Shown here: piece after piece, positions 14,105 to 15,144 of the stretch
How positions within the stretch are numbered: the first letter of the stretch is position 1
Layout of the letters: each line of letters begins with the position of its first letter
Assembly (NCBI GenBank): GCA_048938855.1
Contig: JBHLLT010000041.1
Location: forward strand, 1 to 15,144
Length of the DNA stretch: 15,144 nt
Direction of reading: 5' to 3'
Source: Promethearchaeota archaeon
GTDB lineage: Archaea > Asgardarchaeota > Lokiarchaeia > Sigyniarchaeales > SOKP01
The notes under the pieces: model-generated
Told to the model about the DNA's origin: nothing
What the model saw: the letters and a program-made list of their open reading frames with translations, nothing else
Database searches by the model: none
Translations under genes and position numbers: made by a program

Positions 14105-15144
14105 ATGGTTACGATAAAAACCCTCACTGAAGAAGACAAAAAGAGACGAGAAAAGAAAGAAAAAAGAAGACTATTTTTCAGAAAATTCTCCAATCGAATC
14201 GTTAAGACAGCCATGATTTTAAATATTATTGTTATTGCCTTTATCGTGAGCGCCCCATTATTTAATTTTGCTTCCACTTCAATCAACTTTTACAAAGAAG
14301 AAGAAAATCAATTTAGAGTGGGATATCCTATTGTGTTTGGATGGAAGATCTCAGGTTCTCCCTCACAAGCGTATATCTTATGGGGGGATGGAAGTTCTGA
14401 GGATATTACTATGAATCGCTCTGGCACTGTGAAGCATAAGTATGCGTTACAAGGAAGATATTCCCCTACGCTACTTTACTGGAGTATATTTGGCAATTTA
14501 AGATCAAAATCTCTTGCAGTAAAAATCGAAAATGATATATTAAATTATGAAATTACATCTAAGGATCGTGTATTTGAAGGAGAAGAGGTTGTTATCTCTA
14601 TTGATTCGGTATATAGATTAAATAAGGAACTTAGTAAAACTGAGGAAGAGCTCACTTTTATATATGACGTGTCAGAGTCGCAGATAACATCAAATCAAAG
14701 TTCTATAGTGTATAGTTGGAATAATGCGGGAATATTTCCCATAAAAGTTACTATTATGGATTCTCAAGGAGTATTAAGCAAACAAAGCAAAAGTATTACA
14801 GTTCAAAATAAAGCCCCAGAAGCTAAATTTTTGATTTTAAGCAATACTAGTAATCGTGCTCTTTCTCCAATTAAATTCAGTGCTGGAACAAGTACAGACA
14901 CAGTAAATGATAAGATTTCTCTACAATATTTATGGAACTGGGGAGACAACACGGTTTCATGGGGGAAATATGTCTCCCATACATATAGTTCCCCAGGAAG
15001 TTATAATATTTCCTTATGTGCTATGGATGATGATGCGGTTAGTGATCTATATTCTCAATTCATTACCATAGAAGAAGAACTCTCATCAGATATACCCATC
15101 TATAATTCTACCTCTAAAGAACCTTATATTGCGATTGGAACCTT
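14105..15144 (+). CDS. PKD-repeat surface protein, partial (runs off the window; absent from the ORF track)
   Basis: Open from ATG 14105 (MVTIKTLTEEDKKRREKK..) to the window end. N-terminal TM segment; ILWGDGS..KHKYALQGRY, YSWNNAGIFPIKVTIMDSQG, NKAPEA..YLWNWGDN..SHTYSSPGSYNISL..DDD give about three PKD domains. Confidence 0.9.
   Translation, partial: MVTIKTLTEEDKKRREKKEKRRLFFRKFSNRIVKTAMILNIIVIAFIVSAPLFNFASTSINFYKEEENQFRVGYPIVFGWKISGSPSQAYILWGDGSSEDITMNRSGTVKHKYALQGRYSPTLLYWSIFGNLRSKSLAVKIENDILNYEITSKDRVFEGEEVVISIDSVYRLNKELSKTEEELTFIYDVSESQITSNQSSIVYSWNNAGIFPIKVTIMDSQGVLSKQSKSITVQNKAPEAKFLILSNTSNRALSPIKFSAGTSTDTVNDKISLQYLWNWGDNTVSWGKYVSHTYSSPGSYNISLCAMDDDAVSDLYSQFITIEEELSSDIPIYNSTSKEPYIAIGT

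Noticed and set aside
14050-14286. ORF 14050..14286 (-)
   Set aside because: Antisense to the PKD-repeat gene starting at 14105.

Overview
AT-rich window that is almost certainly from an Asgard archaeon (Lokiarchaeia-like), inferred from its eukaryotic-signature genes. These are three Rab-like small GTPases (all with damaged nucleotide-binding motifs), two roadblock/LC7 proteins, an Asgard-type profilin, a two-domain gelsolin-like protein and a longin-like protein. The left part holds accessory genes: isochorismatase, flavodoxin, a HAD-like protein, a SMODS/CD-NTase-like nucleotidyltransferase with an unannotated 44-aa partner, and two C_GCAxxG_C_C proteins. The right end holds two surface proteins (DNRLRE-like, and a PKD-repeat gene running off the window). 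The most striking signal is modular construction. A 60-aa 'PFPYIFK-proline + zinc-ribbon' tail is shared by a roadblock and the profilin, and a 26-aa zinc-ribbon head is shared by the profilin and the gelsolin. An 83-bp near-perfect copy of an internal gelsolin segment lies 5.2 kb away. Fragments of one ~150-bp non-coding element recur in seven intergenic spaces, always in the same orientation. All family calls come from motif recognition by eye; no searches were run.
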